Of a stretch of DNA of 64,000 nucleotides, positions 11,067 through 22,675 are shown piece after piece. The DNA lies in assembly GCF_055900595.2 (NCBI RefSeq), contig NZ_CM148325.1; one strand, given 5' to 3'. How positions within the stretch are numbered: position 1 is the first letter of the stretch; each line of letters opens with the position of its first letter. The notes beneath the pieces are model-generated. The model was given only the letters and a program-made list of their open reading frames with translations, was not told the DNA's origin and did no database searches. The translations under genes were made by a program, and so were the position numbers.

Positions 11067-12527
11067 TTACAGCGCAGCCACACACTCGCGCGCACCGCGT
11101 TCACACAGCTGCTGATATGCCGCCGTCACCGCGCCAACAAAGTCGGCATTCTGCGGCAGATCATCGGCAAAAATACCGCTCAGGCCCAGCAGCGCTTTCA
11201 CGCGGTCTGCGCCCTGATACTGCGCGTTGATCTTCTGGAACTCCGCCAGCATCGGGTCGACCACGTCAATGGCATTCCCCTGCTCATCCACCCCCTGGGT
11301 GTAACGCATCCAGCCAGCCACGCCGAGCGCCAGGTGACGCCAGCTACCGCCGTTTTGCAAGTGCAGACGCACCGGGTCCAACAGACGCTGCGGTAACTTC
11401 TGGCTGCCGTCCATCGCAATCTGCCAGGTACGGTGACGCAGAGACGGGTTGCTGAAACGCTCGATCAGCAGCGTCGCATAGGCGTTCAGGTCCGTACCTT
11501 CCGGCATCGACAGCGTTGGCGCTTGTTCCTGCATCATCAGGGCAAAGGCCGCTTTGCGATAATCCGGGTTAGTCATGGTGTCGGCAATAGTTTCATAGCC
11601 GCCGAGGTAACCGAGGTACGCCAGGAAAGAGTGGCTGCCGTTCAGCATACGCAATTTCATCATTTCGAACGGCACAACGTCTGCAACGAACTGTGCGCCC
11701 ACTTTATCCCAGTCCGGGCGACCATTAACGAAGTTATCTTCAATGACCCACTGACGGAATGGTTCGCAGGCAATGGCGCACGGGTCGTAAACGCCCAGCT
11801 GGTCAGCAATTTCCTGCAACGTTTCTGGGGTAGCTGCCGGAACGATGCGGTCAACCATGGTGCACGGGAAGGTGACGTTCTCTTCAATCCATGCCGCCAG
11901 TTGCGGATCGCGCGCCTGAGCCAGCCCCAGAACAGCAACTTTTGCCACGTGACCGTTTTCACGCACGTTGTCGCAGGACATGACAGTAAACGCTTTCAGC
12001 CCTTTTTCACGACGCAGACGCAACGCTTCTACGATGTAACCAATCGCCGACTTCGGCGCAGTCGGGTTTTCCAGATCGTGCTTAATCAGCGGATTATTGA
12101 GATCCAGCTGACCGCTCGCCGCATCGGCGCAGTAACCTTTTTCCGTGACCGTCAGGGAGACAATCGCCGTCTGCGGACGCGCCATCGCGTTGAGAATACC
12201 TTCACAACCGTCGATTTCCGGGTGCAGCGCTTCTTTCATCGAGCCAATAATTTTCAGCTCGGTGCTTTCTGCGCCTTTTTCCGCCACGGTATACAGCAGT
12301 TGCTGTTTTTTCAGGTTTTCGATCAGCACGCGGTCGTTGCCTGGCATCAGGTTAACTTCGCAGATACCCCAGTCGCTGTCGGTGCTTTCCAGCAGATGAT
12401 GGGTGTACAGCGCCTGGTGCGCGCGGTGAAACGCCCCGCAACCGAGATGCACAATGCGTGATTCCAGACGAGAATGATCCCATGACGGGCGGGCAACCGG
12501 CAGATTGCTGTCAACAATAGTAGTCAT
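11067..12527 (-). CDS. uxuB: D-mannonate oxidoreductase (fructuronate reductase), mannitol dehydrogenase family
   Basis: 486-aa ORF, N-terminal Rossmann-type dinucleotide motif (VHLGCGAFHRAH); operon position downstream of uxuA. Confidence 0.85.
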   Translation of the reverse strand: MTTIVDSNLPVARPSWDHSRLESRIVHLGCGAFHRAHQALYTHHLLESTDSDWGICEVNLMPGNDRVLIENLKKQQLLYTVAEKGAESTELKIIGSMKEALHPEIDGCEGILNAMARPQTAIVSLTVTEKGYCADAASGQLDLNNPLIKHDLENPTAPKSAIGYIVEALRLRREKGLKAFTVMSCDNVRENGHVAKVAVLGLAQARDPQLAAWIEENVTFPCTMVDRIVPAATPETLQEIADQLGVYDPCAIACEPFRQWVIEDNFVNGRPDWDKVGAQFVADVVPFEMMKLRMLNGSHSFLAYLGYLGGYETIADTMTNPDYRKAAFALMMQEQAPTLSMPEGTDLNAYATLLIERFSNPSLRHRTWQIAMDGSQKLPQRLLDPVRLHLQNGGSWRHLALGVAGWMRYTQGVDEQGNAIDVVDPMLAEFQKINAQYQGADRVKALLGLSGIFADDLPQNADFVGAVTAAYQQLCERGARECVAAL

Positions 12528-12607
12528 CGTAAACTCCAGAATTCGTCTTCAGAGAGTGACGGCAAGGAAGAAGGAACCGGCACGGCGCGCAGCCATGCCG
12601 GTGGATA

Positions 12608-13792
12608 TTAACGGCTAAAGAAAGCGCGCTGGATCGCCATTTCGACACCGCGAACTTCGGCCAGGCCTTTCAGACGACCAATCGCGGAGTAACCTGGGTT
12701 GGTTTTCTTCTTCAGGTCGTCCAGCATCTGATGACCGTGGTCCGGACGCATCGGGATCAGGTCTTCTTTGCCTTCCGCTTTACGACGGTGTTCTTCTTCA
12801 ACAATCGCTTTCACCACTTCGTACATATCAACGTCACCGTTCAGGTGCGCCGCTTCGTGGAAGGTTTTCGGGTTATCTTCACGCATGGTGGAACGCAGAT
12901 GGGTGAAGTAAATACGCGGACCGAACTGCTTGATCATATCAACCAGATCGTTGTCAGCACGCACGCCGTAGGAACCGGTGCACATGGTGAAACCGTTCGC
13001 CATGCTGTTTACGGTATCAACCATCCACTGCATATCTTCAATGGTGGAAACGATACGCGGCAGGCCGAGGATTGGGCGCGGCGGATCGTCCGGGTGAACA
13101 GCCATACGCACGCCAACTTCTTCCGCAACTGGAATGATCGCCTTCAGGAAGACCGCAAAGTTTTCGCGCAGTTTGGCTTTGTCGATATCTTTGTACAGCT
13201 CCAGGTGCTTACGGAACTGGTCAAGGGTGTAGCCTTCTTCCGCGCCCGGCAGACCGGCAATGATGTTACGGGTCAGACGCGCTTTGTCTTCGTCGCTCAT
13301 AGTGGCGAAGCGTTCAGCGGCCTGAGCAATTTCTTCTTCGGTGTAATCCGCTTCCGCGCCTGGACGCTTGAGGATGTGCATTTCAAACGCAGCAAATTCG
13401 ATCTGGTCGAAGCGCAGAGCTTTGGAGCCATCTGGCAGCACGTATTCGAGGTCAGTACGGGTCCAGTCGAGCACCGGCATGAAGTTGTAGCACACGGTGC
13501 GAATGCCGCACTGCGCCAGGTTGCGCAGAGTCTGCTGATAGTTAGCGATCCACTGCTCATAGTTGCCAGTATGAGTTTTGATATCTTCGTGAATTGGCAC
13601 ACTTTCCACAACAGACCACACCAGGCCTGCGTCTTCAACGATCGCCTTGCGTTTGAGGATCTCTTCTACTGACCACACTTCCCCGTTCGGGATATGGTGC
13701 AAAGCGGTAACCACGCCAGTCGCGCCCGCCTGACGGACATCAGCTAAAGTGACCGGATCATTAGGGCCGTACCAGCGCCAGGTCTGTTCCAT
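12608..13792 (-). CDS. uxuA: Mannonate dehydratase
   Basis: ORF 12608-13828; start placed at the Met of [14 protein letters not shown] (394 aa), the conserved UxuA N-terminus. Confidence 0.85.
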   Translation of the reverse strand: MEQTWRWYGPNDPVTLADVRQAGATGVVTALHHIPNGEVWSVEEILKRKAIVEDAGLVWSVVESVPIHEDIKTHTGNYEQWIANYQQTLRNLAQCGIRTVCYNFMPVLDWTRTDLEYVLPDGSKALRFDQIEFAAFEMHILKRPGAEADYTEEEIAQAAERFATMSDEDKARLTRNIIAGLPGAEEGYTLDQFRKHLELYKDIDKAKLRENFAVFLKAIIPVAEEVGVRMAVHPDDPPRPILGLPRIVSTIEDMQWMVDTVNSMANGFTMCTGSYGVRADNDLVDMIKQFGPRIYFTHLRSTMREDNPKTFHEAAHLNGDVDMYEVVKAIVEEEHRRKAEGKEDLIPMRPDHGHQMLDDLKKKTNPGYSAIGRLKGLAEVRGVEMAIQRAFFSR

Positions 13793-14131
13793 GATTTTTC
13801 CTCTTTCACATAGTGGGTTCCACAGCAAAAAAACGCGGAATCCCGGAGTTGTTTAGGTATCCGGATGAACAACCAGACCGCAGCCGTGGCATTGCATCGG
13901 ATGAGATGGCGTATAAGTTCTACCTTTTGGTAAGACATGTCAACCCGAATTCAAAAATTGGTTAACCACATCACAAGATTTTCACGCGCACGCTCGTTGC
14001 TGCAAATTGCAGCAACGGGTAATTGATAGTTATTAATCAGAGGGTGTGACATTCATCGCAACAATGGTTGACCAATTTACATAACATGTCGCCCAAAATA
14101 ACAACGGTTCAACCAGGTAAGGTAAAACGTT

Positions 14132-15475
14132 ATGCATGTGCTTAACATTCTTTGGGTAGTATTCGGTATCGGTCTGATGCTGGTACTGAATTTGAAGTTC
14201 AAAATCAATTCAATGGTGGCTTTGCTAGTGGCGGCGCTATCCGTCGGGATGTTGGCGGGCATGGATTTGATGTCGCTGCTGCACACCATGAAAGCGGGCT
14301 TCGGCAACACGCTGGGGGAACTGGCAATCATTGTTGTGTTCGGTGCGGTCATTGGTAAATTGATGGTCGACTCCGGCGCGGCTCATCAGATAGCGCATAC
14401 GCTGCTGGCGCGTCTCGGCCTGCGCTATGTCCAGATATCGGTGATTATCATCGGCCTGATTTTTGGTCTGGCGATGTTCTATGAAGTGGCCTTTATCATG
14501 TTAGCGCCGCTGGTTATCGTCATTGCCGCCGAAGCTAAAATTCCGTTCCTGAAACTGGCTATTCCGGCAGTAGCGGCTGCTACCACCGCACATTCACTTT
14601 TCCCTCCGCAGCCGGGTCCGGTGGCGCTGGTGAATGCTTATGGTGCAGATATGGGGATGGTTTATATCTATGGTGTACTGGTGACAATCCCAAGCGTAAT
14701 CTGCGCAGGCCTGATTCTGCCGAAGTTCCTCGGTAATCTTGAGCGCCCAACGCCATCATTCCTCAAAGCGGATCAACCTTTGGATATGAATAATCTCCCC
14801 TCTTTCGGCGTTTCGATTCTGGTACCGCTGATCCCGGCGATCATTATGATCTCTACCACTATCGCCAATATCTGGCTGGTCAAAGACACCCCTGCGTGGG
14901 AAGTCGTTAACTTTATAGGTTCATCGCCGATTGCAATGTTTATTGCGATGGTGGTTGCATTCGTACTCTTTGGCACCGCGCGTGGTCATGACATGCAGTG
15001 GGTGATGAACGCCTTTGAAAGCGCGGTAAAAAGCATTGCGATGGTGATTCTGATCATTGGTGCGGGCGGCGTGCTGAAGCAGACCATCATCGACACCGGC
15101 ATTGGTGACACCATCGGCATGTTGATGTCCCACGGCAATATCTCGCCGTACATCATGGCGTGGCTGATCACTGTGCTAATTCGTCTGGCGACGGGTCAAG
15201 GTGTGGTTTCAGCGATGACCGCCGCCGGGATTATCAGTGCTGCAATCCTTGATCCAGCAACCGGTCAACTGGTTGGCGTGAATCCGGCGCTGCTGGTACT
15301 GGCGACGGCTGCGGGTTCCAACACCCTCACCCACATTAACGATGCCTCATTCTGGTTGTTCAAAGGTTACTTTGACCTGTCAGTAAAAGACACGTTGAAA
15401 ACATGGGGTCTGCTGGAGCTGGTCAACTCCGTGGTTGGGCTGATTATTGTGTTGATTATTAGCATGGTAGCGTAA
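14132..15475 (+). CDS. gntP: Gluconate/fructuronate transporter (GntP family permease)
   Basis: 447-aa polytopic membrane protein; K-12 synteny between uxuA and fimH. Confidence 0.85.
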   Translation: MHVLNILWVVFGIGLMLVLNLKFKINSMVALLVAALSVGMLAGMDLMSLLHTMKAGFGNTLGELAIIVVFGAVIGKLMVDSGAAHQIAHTLLARLGLRYVQISVIIIGLIFGLAMFYEVAFIMLAPLVIVIAAEAKIPFLKLAIPAVAAATTAHSLFPPQPGPVALVNAYGADMGMVYIYGVLVTIPSVICAGLILPKFLGNLERPTPSFLKADQPLDMNNLPSFGVSILVPLIPAIIMISTTIANIWLVKDTPAWEVVNFIGSSPIAMFIAMVVAFVLFGTARGHDMQWVMNAFESAVKSIAMVILIIGAGGVLKQTIIDTGIGDTIGMLMSHGNISPYIMAWLITVLIRLATGQGVVSAMTAAGIISAAILDPATGQLVGVNPALLVLATAAGSNTLTHINDASFWLFKGYFDLSVKDTLKTWGLLELVNSVVGLIIVLIISMVA

Positions 15476-15484
15476 AAGAACACC

Positions 15485-15507
15485 AGAGCCTGCCAATGGC
15501 AGGCTCT
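15485..15507 (+). terminator. Intrinsic terminator hairpin after gntP
   Basis: 10-bp perfect stem AGAGCCTGCC/GGCAGGCTCT with a 3-nt loop, 10 bp after the gntP stop, followed by a T-containing tract. Confidence 0.55.
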
Positions 15508-15528
15508 ATTCAGATTCGCCTTGTTTAT

Positions 15529-15608
15529 GCCAGATGCGACGCTGCCGCGTCTTATCTGGCCTACAAAGGGCTAACGTGCGGGTTTGTAGGTAGCGTAGCG
15601 CATCAGGC
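15529..15608. repeat. Pair of REP elements between gntP and fimH
   Basis: GCCAGATGCGACGCTGCCGCGTCTTATCTGGCCTAC plus an inverted partial copy (GTAGGTAGCGTAGCGCATCAGGC). Confidence 0.65.
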
Positions 15609-15647
15609 AATATTGCGTACCAGCATTAGCAATGTCCTGTGATTTCT

Positions 15648-16550
15648 TTATTGATAAACAAAAGTCACGCCAATAATCGATTGCACATTCCCTGCAGTCA
15701 CCTGCCCTCCGGTACGTGCGTAATTTGCCGTTAATCCCAGACTTACCGCCGAAGTCCCTACTGCTCCTAACGATACCGTGTTATTCGCTGGAATAATCGT
15801 ACCGTTGCGCGTTAACTGTACGCCGACGCCCTGTGCTGGTGAAAACGACGCGGTATTGGTGAAAATCGAGTTGCCCGCATCTGCGGTTGTGCCGGAGAGG
15901 TAATACCCCAGGTTTTGGCTTTTCGCACAATAAACGGTAAGAGGAATAGGTACCGAACCGGGATAGTCCGGCAGAGTCACGGTGACATCACGAGCAGAAA
16001 CATCACAGCCGCCAGTGGGCACCACCACATCATTATTGGCGTAAATATTCCACACAAACTGGAAATCATCGCTGTTATAGTTGTTGGTCTGTCGCAAAAT
16101 AAGCACGGCAATTAATGAGCCAGCTTTAATCGCCACCCCGCCCGCACTGCTCACAGGCGTCAAATAAAGCGCCACCGGCCACGGCTTATCCGTTCTCGAA
16201 TTATAAACAACGCGCGGCGTTTCGCTGGTGGTAGGAAATGGATAGCTACTGCCACTATATTTTACGGTCCCGGAAAAATGAGATAACACGCCGCCATAAG
16301 CCGAACCTCGTTGCAGTGTGACATAGTCTGTAATGGTTTCCGGGTAATCGTTATGGCAAAAGATTTGCGTCGAAAGATCTACGACCAGGTTTTGCCCCAC
16401 ATTCACGGCGGGCGCAAGGTTTACATAAACATTGGCGCTGCCACCGCCAATAGGGATAGCGGTGCCATTGGCGGTTTTACAGGCGAATGACCAGGCATTT
16501 ACCGACCAACCCATCAACAGTACAGCAAACAGGGTAATAACTCTTTTCAT
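15648..16550 (-). CDS. fimH: Type 1 fimbrial tip adhesin (mannose-binding)
   Basis: Sequence begins MKRVITLFAVLLMGWSVNAWSFACKTANGTAIPIGGGSANVYVNLAP, which I recognise as FimH signal peptide plus lectin domain; 300 aa. Confidence 0.9.
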   Translation of the reverse strand: MKRVITLFAVLLMGWSVNAWSFACKTANGTAIPIGGGSANVYVNLAPAVNVGQNLVVDLSTQIFCHNDYPETITDYVTLQRGSAYGGVLSHFSGTVKYSGSSYPFPTTSETPRVVYNSRTDKPWPVALYLTPVSSAGGVAIKAGSLIAVLILRQTNNYNSDDFQFVWNIYANNDVVVPTGGCDVSARDVTVTLPDYPGSVPIPLTVYCAKSQNLGYYLSGTTADAGNSIFTNTASFSPAQGVGVQLTRNGTIIPANNTVSLGAVGTSAVSLGLTANYARTGGQVTAGNVQSIIGVTFVYQ

Positions 16551-16569
16551 TACAATCATCTCTTCGGAT

Positions 16570-17073
16570 TCAGCTGTAGGTATAGGTGATGCTAATCACT
16601 GCCTGAATGGTTCCCTGAGTGGCTCCGCCATTTACCGTCAATGCTCTGACCTGTAACGGGAAGTGCGCTGATTGTGAGGAATCATCCACCTGAACTGTTT
16701 TGGTTGCGCCAGTATTCAATGTGTTGCCACTGTCATCCTGTAGCTCTAACTGGATGTTTTGCGCGGTCCCCTGGTTTTTATAATATCCGGTACTGTCGGC
16801 TGCCCCGCTGAAGCTGGCGGTGACCCTCGACGTTCCCACCGGACAATGAGTCAACTCAAGCGCAACATCATGCCAGGCCGATGCCGCCCCGGCAGACATC
16901 AGACTGAAAGAATAAAGATCGCCGAGATCTACCGTGGCATTGGTGGTGGAAACCGTGCACGGTTTGGCGACGACCTTACCGTTCACCGTGATGGTGACAT
17001 CGGCTGCCTGTATCGTCGCACTTGCGAGCGCCAACATTGTCGCCAATAAATACCCACGTTTGCGCCATTTCAT
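16570..17073 (-). CDS. fimG: Type 1 fimbrial minor subunit
   Basis: 167-aa secreted pilin-like ORF in conserved position between fimF and fimH. Confidence 0.85.
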   Translation of the reverse strand: MKWRKRGYLLATMLALASATIQAADVTITVNGKVVAKPCTVSTTNATVDLGDLYSFSLMSAGAASAWHDVALELTHCPVGTSRVTASFSGAADSTGYYKNQGTAQNIQLELQDDSGNTLNTGATKTVQVDDSSQSAHFPLQVRALTVNGGATQGTIQAVISITYTYS

Positions 17074-17085
17074 GAGCATCTCCAG

Positions 17086-17619
17086 TTACTGATATTCAAG
17101 AGTGAAGGTAGCCGTGGCATTGATATGCCCCGCAGTGACAGGCACCTGTGTCGCCATTAGCCGGGCGTAAAAATTCAGCGTATTTGGTTTACCCGGCGTC
17201 AGGGTCGTCCACGAAATCGCGGAGGATGGCGCATTAAGGGGGATCTGATTTTGTTGCTCATTCAGAAGCTGTATTCCCAGCCCCGCAGCCGCTGACACCG
17301 TATTTTCAAGTGCAAGCAGGTTGGCATTGTGACTATCTGCAACGCCGGTAAACCCAACCTTTACGGCAGAAACGGCATTACCACAGGGTGACAGCAAAAT
17401 ACGAAATGGAACGACAGGAGTCGTCGCGCCAATGTTGTTAAATTGCTTCGCCGCGTTTTCCATCAGATCAACAGTAAAATTGGTTGATTCAGCGGCCACA
17501 CTACAGCCGTTATCTCTGACATAGCCGCGGATAGTAATCGTGCTATCCGCAGCCAAAGCGTGACTTACCGCCAGCCACAAAAAAGCGCACAGAAGATAAA
17601 AAGGTTTGCTTTTCATCAC
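17086..17619 (-). CDS. fimF: Type 1 fimbrial minor subunit
   Basis: 176/177-aa pilin-like ORF with signal peptide; conserved position after fimD. Confidence 0.85.
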   Translation of the reverse strand: MMKSKPFYLLCAFLWLAVSHALAADSTITIRGYVRDNGCSVAAESTNFTVDLMENAAKQFNNIGATTPVVPFRILLSPCGNAVSAVKVGFTGVADSHNANLLALENTVSAAAGLGIQLLNEQQNQIPLNAPSSAISWTTLTPGKPNTLNFYARLMATQVPVTAGHINATATFTLEYQ

Positions 17620-17625
17620 GCCCCC

Positions 17626-20262
17626 TTAACGACATTCAGCTGATAGCTGGGTTAATAACTGCTGCTGACTCTCTGGTGGCAGTTGATAATTGGCGACACA
17701 GTGAGCATTTTCCTCTTCTCCCCATTTCACCTGAACTTTTCCCGCTAAAGGCATCCCGCTGAGATAAACCTGACCATTATCCGCAACAATGCCGCTACTC
17801 TGGCTACTCTCTGATGTGACCATCGCCCCAAACGGCAGCGGCTTATTATTATGGGTTAGCGTCATGAGCAGTTTTATCCCAACACGCGCTTTAAACTCTG
17901 CTCGCACAATTGCCCCACGGGTGGGAACAACGTTAGCGACCGCGTTATCTAAATCGACGTTATCAGCCAGGGTATTGGTATCCAGCGCCACTCTATTTTC
18001 CCGATATTCTGTGGCATAAGGCAGCACGGCATAGCCGCGCCAGTCGGTACGCACCCCCGTCTGGTTTTCAACTTTTGCATCTTTTGCGCCGGGTGCTTTA
18101 ACAAGCACCACCGTATCGTTTAACGGCTGCCCCAGCGTTACGCCATTGGCATGAGCCAATACCCCACCGCTGATTCCGTAATAGAGCTGCTTAATATCAT
18201 CGCTATGGCTGTAACCAATGTTGGCATTGCCGTAGCCACCGCGATAATTCAGCGCGGCGTAGCCTGTACTTCCGCTATTACCATCGCCTCCCCCGGCATA
18301 GCCGGTTTGCACGCTATAGCTGAGGTTATTGTCTTCCAGCAACGTACCGTATACGCCCGCAAGGTTGGTCATCCGACCGTTGAGATCGTGTGACATGCTG
18401 TAGCTGGCACTGGCATGTCGCCACTGAGATTTACTGTCAGAACGCAGCCAGTGGCTGAAAGGAATATTGACGTTAAGAGCCAACATCTGATCCCGTCCTT
18501 TTTGCCACGCGTTTTTCGTCAGGCTATAGCTGAGCGTCCAGTTGATATCTTCGAAAGCAGTATTTAATCCAGCCTGGAATTGCTCATCGACATTACTCGT
18601 TCCCCAATAAGTTTGATGGCTACCACTCAAATACAGTGTTGATGTGCGCCCGAGTTGCTGAGTAACAGTGAGCTGTAATTTCCCGCGTTTGTTATAAGCG
18701 AGATTGTAATAGTCGGTAAATTTCGGCTTAACCTGAATAACACCATCCTGTGTTTCGATGTTGTAGCCATTCATTCGGCTGTATGTTGTATCAGCGAAAT
18801 TAAAATACCCGCTGGTCGAGTAACGGTAACCCACTAACTGAAAATTCGTACCTGACTCATTGAGCGATTTGTTATAGAGAAAACGCACCGATTGCCCGTC
18901 ATGCTGACTGTCATCAGGAAGTGTGGAATTAGCCTGCGTCATATCCACGGACAGAGCGCCCAGTGCCCCCATGTTTTTCCCGATACCGAAATTAAAAGCG
19001 CGATAACGATCCGCCAGTTGCGTTCCACCATATATTGTCCAGCCAGCCGGAAGGCCGTGGAGTAATGTACTCTGGAAAAAACGGGGTTTATCCTGTTGCG
19101 CATTTCCACTACGGTATTCTCCTGCCGTAATGGAATAACGAGTATGCCCTTCACGTTGCAAAAGCGGGACTGACGAATAGGGTACGGTAAAGATCTGCGT
19201 GCTACCGTCAGCCTCTTTAATCGTTACCTGCAAGTCACCACTATTACCTGCGGCATAGATATCGTTGATGGTAAAAGGCCCCGGTGGCACCGTACTATTA
19301 TAAATGTCATACCCATTTTGTTTAATAGTGACCTGTGCAGTACCACGCGCAATACCGTGGATCACCGGGGCAAATCCTCTTTGGCTATCGGGTAACATAT
19401 TGTCATCTGAGGCCAATTGTGCGCCGCGAAAGTTAATACCATCGAAAATATCGCCCTGAGTATAACCATCACCCAGCGTCAGCCGGGAACGTAACGGAAT
19501 TATGTCTCGCTCAAGCCAGGTATTGATATGCTGCCATTTATTTTTGCTACCTGATGAACTGTCGCTACTGTTATAACTCCAGGTGGTATTGTCGCGTAAA
19601 CGCCACGCACCAATATTTAACCCACTCTGTAGGTTTAAATATGCATAATGGCTGTTACCACCAATCCGATTCTGTACACTATTTCCGCTGAAATTATAAT
19701 TGAGCAATCCGGCATTAATACCGGGGTCCCATAACTCTGGAGGAATATAACCACGCGCGCGATTACTCATAAATGCCTGAGGGATCGTCAGATTGAGTCG
19801 CTGCTGACCCACATCCAGTTGCGCAGTAGCGTCCTGGATCATTGAGGTTAATGGCACGCAGGCATCATCCGCCAGCAGATTCATACCGGAGACAGAAGCC
19901 GTATTCAGCCCCATACTGGCAAGTTGCGCGCGTGTCAGGCAGGGAACAATCCCTTGTTCGCTGTCGCCCGTATTAAATGTGACATCACGCGTTGCCATAT
20001 AACCATTATTCAAATAGATATCAACACGATACGTCCCTGGCGGTAATTCTTGCCCATTTTCAAAACGCGATAAATCAGCCACAGCCTGGGGATCATCCGC
20101 TAAAAAACGCGGGTTAAAATAGAGTTCGGCAGATGACAAAGGTGCCTGTGTGGCAAAAACACAGGCAACAGAGAGCCGAACAAAAAAACCAGCCAGACGA
20201 GGCTTACGAATATGCAAGCTTTGTGTGTTTCGCTGGTAAAGTCTTAAATTCAGATATGACAT
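17626..20262 (-). CDS. fimD: Type 1 fimbrial outer membrane usher
   Basis: 878-aa ORF, size and position characteristic of the chaperone-usher pathway usher. Confidence 0.9.
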   Translation of the reverse strand: MSYLNLRLYQRNTQSLHIRKPRLAGFFVRLSVACVFATQAPLSSAELYFNPRFLADDPQAVADLSRFENGQELPPGTYRVDIYLNNGYMATRDVTFNTGDSEQGIVPCLTRAQLASMGLNTASVSGMNLLADDACVPLTSMIQDATAQLDVGQQRLNLTIPQAFMSNRARGYIPPELWDPGINAGLLNYNFSGNSVQNRIGGNSHYAYLNLQSGLNIGAWRLRDNTTWSYNSSDSSSGSKNKWQHINTWLERDIIPLRSRLTLGDGYTQGDIFDGINFRGAQLASDDNMLPDSQRGFAPVIHGIARGTAQVTIKQNGYDIYNSTVPPGPFTINDIYAAGNSGDLQVTIKEADGSTQIFTVPYSSVPLLQREGHTRYSITAGEYRSGNAQQDKPRFFQSTLLHGLPAGWTIYGGTQLADRYRAFNFGIGKNMGALGALSVDMTQANSTLPDDSQHDGQSVRFLYNKSLNESGTNFQLVGYRYSTSGYFNFADTTYSRMNGYNIETQDGVIQVKPKFTDYYNLAYNKRGKLQLTVTQQLGRTSTLYLSGSHQTYWGTSNVDEQFQAGLNTAFEDINWTLSYSLTKNAWQKGRDQMLALNVNIPFSHWLRSDSKSQWRHASASYSMSHDLNGRMTNLAGVYGTLLEDNNLSYSVQTGYAGGGDGNSGSTGYAALNYRGGYGNANIGYSHSDDIKQLYYGISGGVLAHANGVTLGQPLNDTVVLVKAPGAKDAKVENQTGVRTDWRGYAVLPYATEYRENRVALDTNTLADNVDLDNAVANVVPTRGAIVRAEFKARVGIKLLMTLTHNNKPLPFGAMVTSESSQSSGIVADNGQVYLSGMPLAGKVQVKWGEEENAHCVANYQLPPESQQQLLTQLSAECR

Positions 20263-20328
20263 TATTCCTCCGGTTTAAAATTACCCGGCAGTCAATTCTT
20301 TTTATTCAGGCGAAAAATTCCCCCTGCG

Positions 20329-21054
20329 TTATTCCATTACGCCCGTCATTTTTGGGGTAAGTGCGCCATAATCATTTATTGTTCGGTAAGTAATATTGCT
20401 TCCTGCATCAGAAGGCAATTTAACCGTGCTTTCGCCCATTGGAGGCACCAAGGCATTTTCAAGAACCCGAGTTCCGGCATTCAACTCTGTTACCGTCAGG
20501 TAATAGGGTGTCGGGTTAATCAGCGTCAGAGAATTCGCGCTACGACGAAATCTTAACTTTTCTGCGGCCTGATCGGGTGGCAACGCTAATTTAGCCGGGC
20601 GATAGTACAATTTAATGCGGCTGATAATTGCGAGCTGTAGCGTATTCTCAGTCAATTTTGATTTATCCATTGACGGAATCGCTTTAACGTTCATCCAGAA
20701 TAAACTTTCCCGATCCTGTGGCAATTGGTTATTTGTGGCATCAAGAATACGCAAGGTATTCTCTTTTTTCCCCTTCATCGCAAACAGAGGTGGTGTCACG
20801 ATAAAACGACCATCCTTTACACCATCGGCATTTTCTACCCATGATTGAATTAAATAGGTGCTATTTTCATCATTATTTGTCACGGCAAGTTGTACTTGTT
20901 TTTGCCCTGCCGGATAAATAACGCGAGTCGCACCTAAGGCCACTCCTGCTTCCGCGCGTCCGGCAGCCATCATTGCCATGATCATCAGGATACCTGCCAG
21001 CAAGCAGAATGTTATTTCCTGCAATTTCCTTACATTGACGTTTTTATTACTCAC
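20329..21054 (-). CDS. fimC: Type 1 fimbrial periplasmic chaperone (PapD-like)
   Basis: 241-aa ORF with signal peptide; conserved position. Confidence 0.9.
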   Translation of the reverse strand: MSNKNVNVRKLQEITFCLLAGILMIMAMMAAGRAEAGVALGATRVIYPAGQKQVQLAVTNNDENSTYLIQSWVENADGVKDGRFIVTPPLFAMKGKKENTLRILDATNNQLPQDRESLFWMNVKAIPSMDKSKLTENTLQLAIISRIKLYYRPAKLALPPDQAAEKLRFRRSANSLTLINPTPYYLTVTELNAGTRVLENALVPPMGESTVKLPSDAGSNITYRTINDYGALTPKMTGVME

Positions 21055-21090
21055 TGTCCTGTTCCTGTTATCACATTATCTGCTGAACAA

Positions 21091-21630
21091 TTACTGATAG
21101 GTTAAAGAGAACCAGGCCTGAGCATTGGCGATGCCGCCAGTAACCCGACGCCCGGTAGCACGATATTTGGCGATGAAATGTAACGACGTAGAGCCTGAGT
21201 AAAGCCGTTTCCAGTTTGCTGGAGGACGATTAATCGGTACAAGGTTTCCTTCATCATCAAACAACGCTACGCCAATATTGGTGGCAATCCCTGGCCCCTC
21301 TCCCACGGAAAGCACATCCGGATTTTTACCATCCGCGACACCGTGAAACGCCACACCCACACGTTCACTCACCACCGTGCTACATTCCCGTAAATGAATA
21401 ACAAAAGGCACCGGTGCGCTATCTTCCCCAACCGCATGAAACCGGTTACTGCTGATTTGCCCCATATTGACCGTCATTTGTTTATCACCAGCTTCAATCC
21501 GGCAAGCTTCTGCAATAATGACGCCCTGAAATTGCATATTTCCGCCGGGCAACGTGGTGTTCCATTTATTTCCGGCCAGAGCAAACATTGGCAGCAACGA
21601 CGCTAATAGAAATAATCTCTTCCTTTTCAT
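21091..21630 (-). CDS. fimI: Type 1 fimbrial subunit FimI
   Basis: ORF 21091-21762; start placed at the Met of [19 protein letters not shown] (179 aa) by recollection of K-12 FimI. Confidence 0.8.
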   Translation of the reverse strand: MKRKRLFLLASLLPMFALAGNKWNTTLPGGNMQFQGVIIAEACRIEAGDKQMTVNMGQISSNRFHAVGEDSAPVPFVIHLRECSTVVSERVGVAFHGVADGKNPDVLSVGEGPGIATNIGVALFDDEGNLVPINRPPANWKRLYSGSTSLHFIAKYRATGRRVTGGIANAQAWFSLTYQ

Positions 21631-21694
21631 CGTTATTTTTATCGCACAAGGGTGGGCATCCCTGCCCATAATGACGTCCCTGAACCTGGGTAGG

Positions 21695-22243
21695 TTATTG
21701 ATACTGAACCTTGAAGGTCGCATCCGCATTAGCAGCACCTGGGGTTGCGGCACCGGTTGCAAAGTAACGCGCCTGGAACGGAATGGTGTTAGTACCGTTA
21801 TTCAGGGTTGTTTCTGCACTAAATGTCGCACCGTCCAGCGCCAGCGCAGCACCGGTTCTGTCCAGAATTTGCACACCAACATTTGTTGCGCTACCTGCAG
21901 CAGAACTCTGCAGAGCCAGAACGTTGGTATGAGTCGCATCAATCGCCGTACCTAAAAAGGCAACAGCGGCTTTTGATGCAACATTGGTATCGCAATCATT
22001 CAGCTGAATGTTAAAACCGACAGCAGAACTGGTTGCTCCGTCCTGTGCCAGCGATGCGGTACGAACCTGTCCTAACTGAACGGTTTGATCAACAGAGCCT
22101 GCATCAACTGCGCAAGCGGCGTTAACAACTTCCCCTTTAAAGTGAACGGTCCCACCATTAACCGTCGTGGCAGCGGCCAGAGCCGCTGTAGAACTGAGGG
22201 ACAGAGCCGACAGAACAACGATTGCCAGAGTTTTAATTTTCAT
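21695..22243 (-). CDS. fimA: Type 1 fimbrial major subunit
   Basis: ORF 21695-22393; start placed at [23 protein letters not shown] (182 aa), the FimA signal peptide; C-terminal ...[10 protein letters not shown] pilin motif. Confidence 0.9.
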   Translation of the reverse strand: MKIKTLAIVVLSALSLSSTAALAAATTVNGGTVHFKGEVVNAACAVDAGSVDQTVQLGQVRTASLAQDGATSSAVGFNIQLNDCDTNVASKAAVAFLGTAIDATHTNVLALQSSAAGSATNVGVQILDRTGAALALDGATFSAETTLNNGTNTIPFQARYFATGAATPGAANADATFKVQYQ

Positions 22244-22361
22244 GCTGCTTTCCTTTAAAAAAACTGTTTCTAAATCGACATGGGCAGTCGTTCTGTACAC
22301 TTTGTTTTGAAACGAATTGGACTGCCAACACTGCGCAGTTCTTCCCCAAAAGATGAAACAT

Positions 22362-22675
22362 TTGGGGCCATTTTGACTCATAGAGGAAAGCATTACGCAC
22401 GAACTTTCTTAGTTTATTATTTGGATTTATATTCTATTAATACATTCTTTTATAGATTTTTATATTGAGCGCGGTGGTTTTTGGAGAGGTGAATGAGGAA
22501 GTTGCTTCGAGACACAGAAACGTTAACTTTACCTATAGCGGAGGTGATGTGAAATTAATTCATAAGAGAAACAATTTACATATCAAACAGTTAGTTGCTT
22601 TATATCGTTTTTTTATATTTTTATGCTTGAGAACAAATACAAAACTTTTTTATGATATGGACAGTTTGGCCCCAA
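22362..22675. promoter_or_regulatory. fimS: fimS invertible phase-variation switch (314 bp) bounded by 9-bp inverted repeats TTGGGGCCA; carries the fimA promoter
   Basis: TTGGGGCCA at 22362-22370 and its reverse complement TGGCCCCAA at 22667-22675 are exactly 314 bp apart (outer edges) between fimE and fimA; sigma70-like TTGAGA-18bp-TATGAT at 22627-22656 lies inside the element. Confidence 0.85.

Noticed and set aside
11433-12461. 342-aa plus-strand ORF
   Set aside because: Lies entirely antisense within uxuB; Arg/His-rich low-complexity translation typical of a shadow ORF opposite a GC-rich gene.
12731-13672. 313-aa plus-strand ORF
   Set aside because: Antisense shadow ORF inside uxuA; no start context and biased composition.
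13855-13915. Possible REP element downstream of uxuA start region
   Set aside because: Contains CCGGATG-like words but the two halves are not reverse complements of each other; not a convincing REP.
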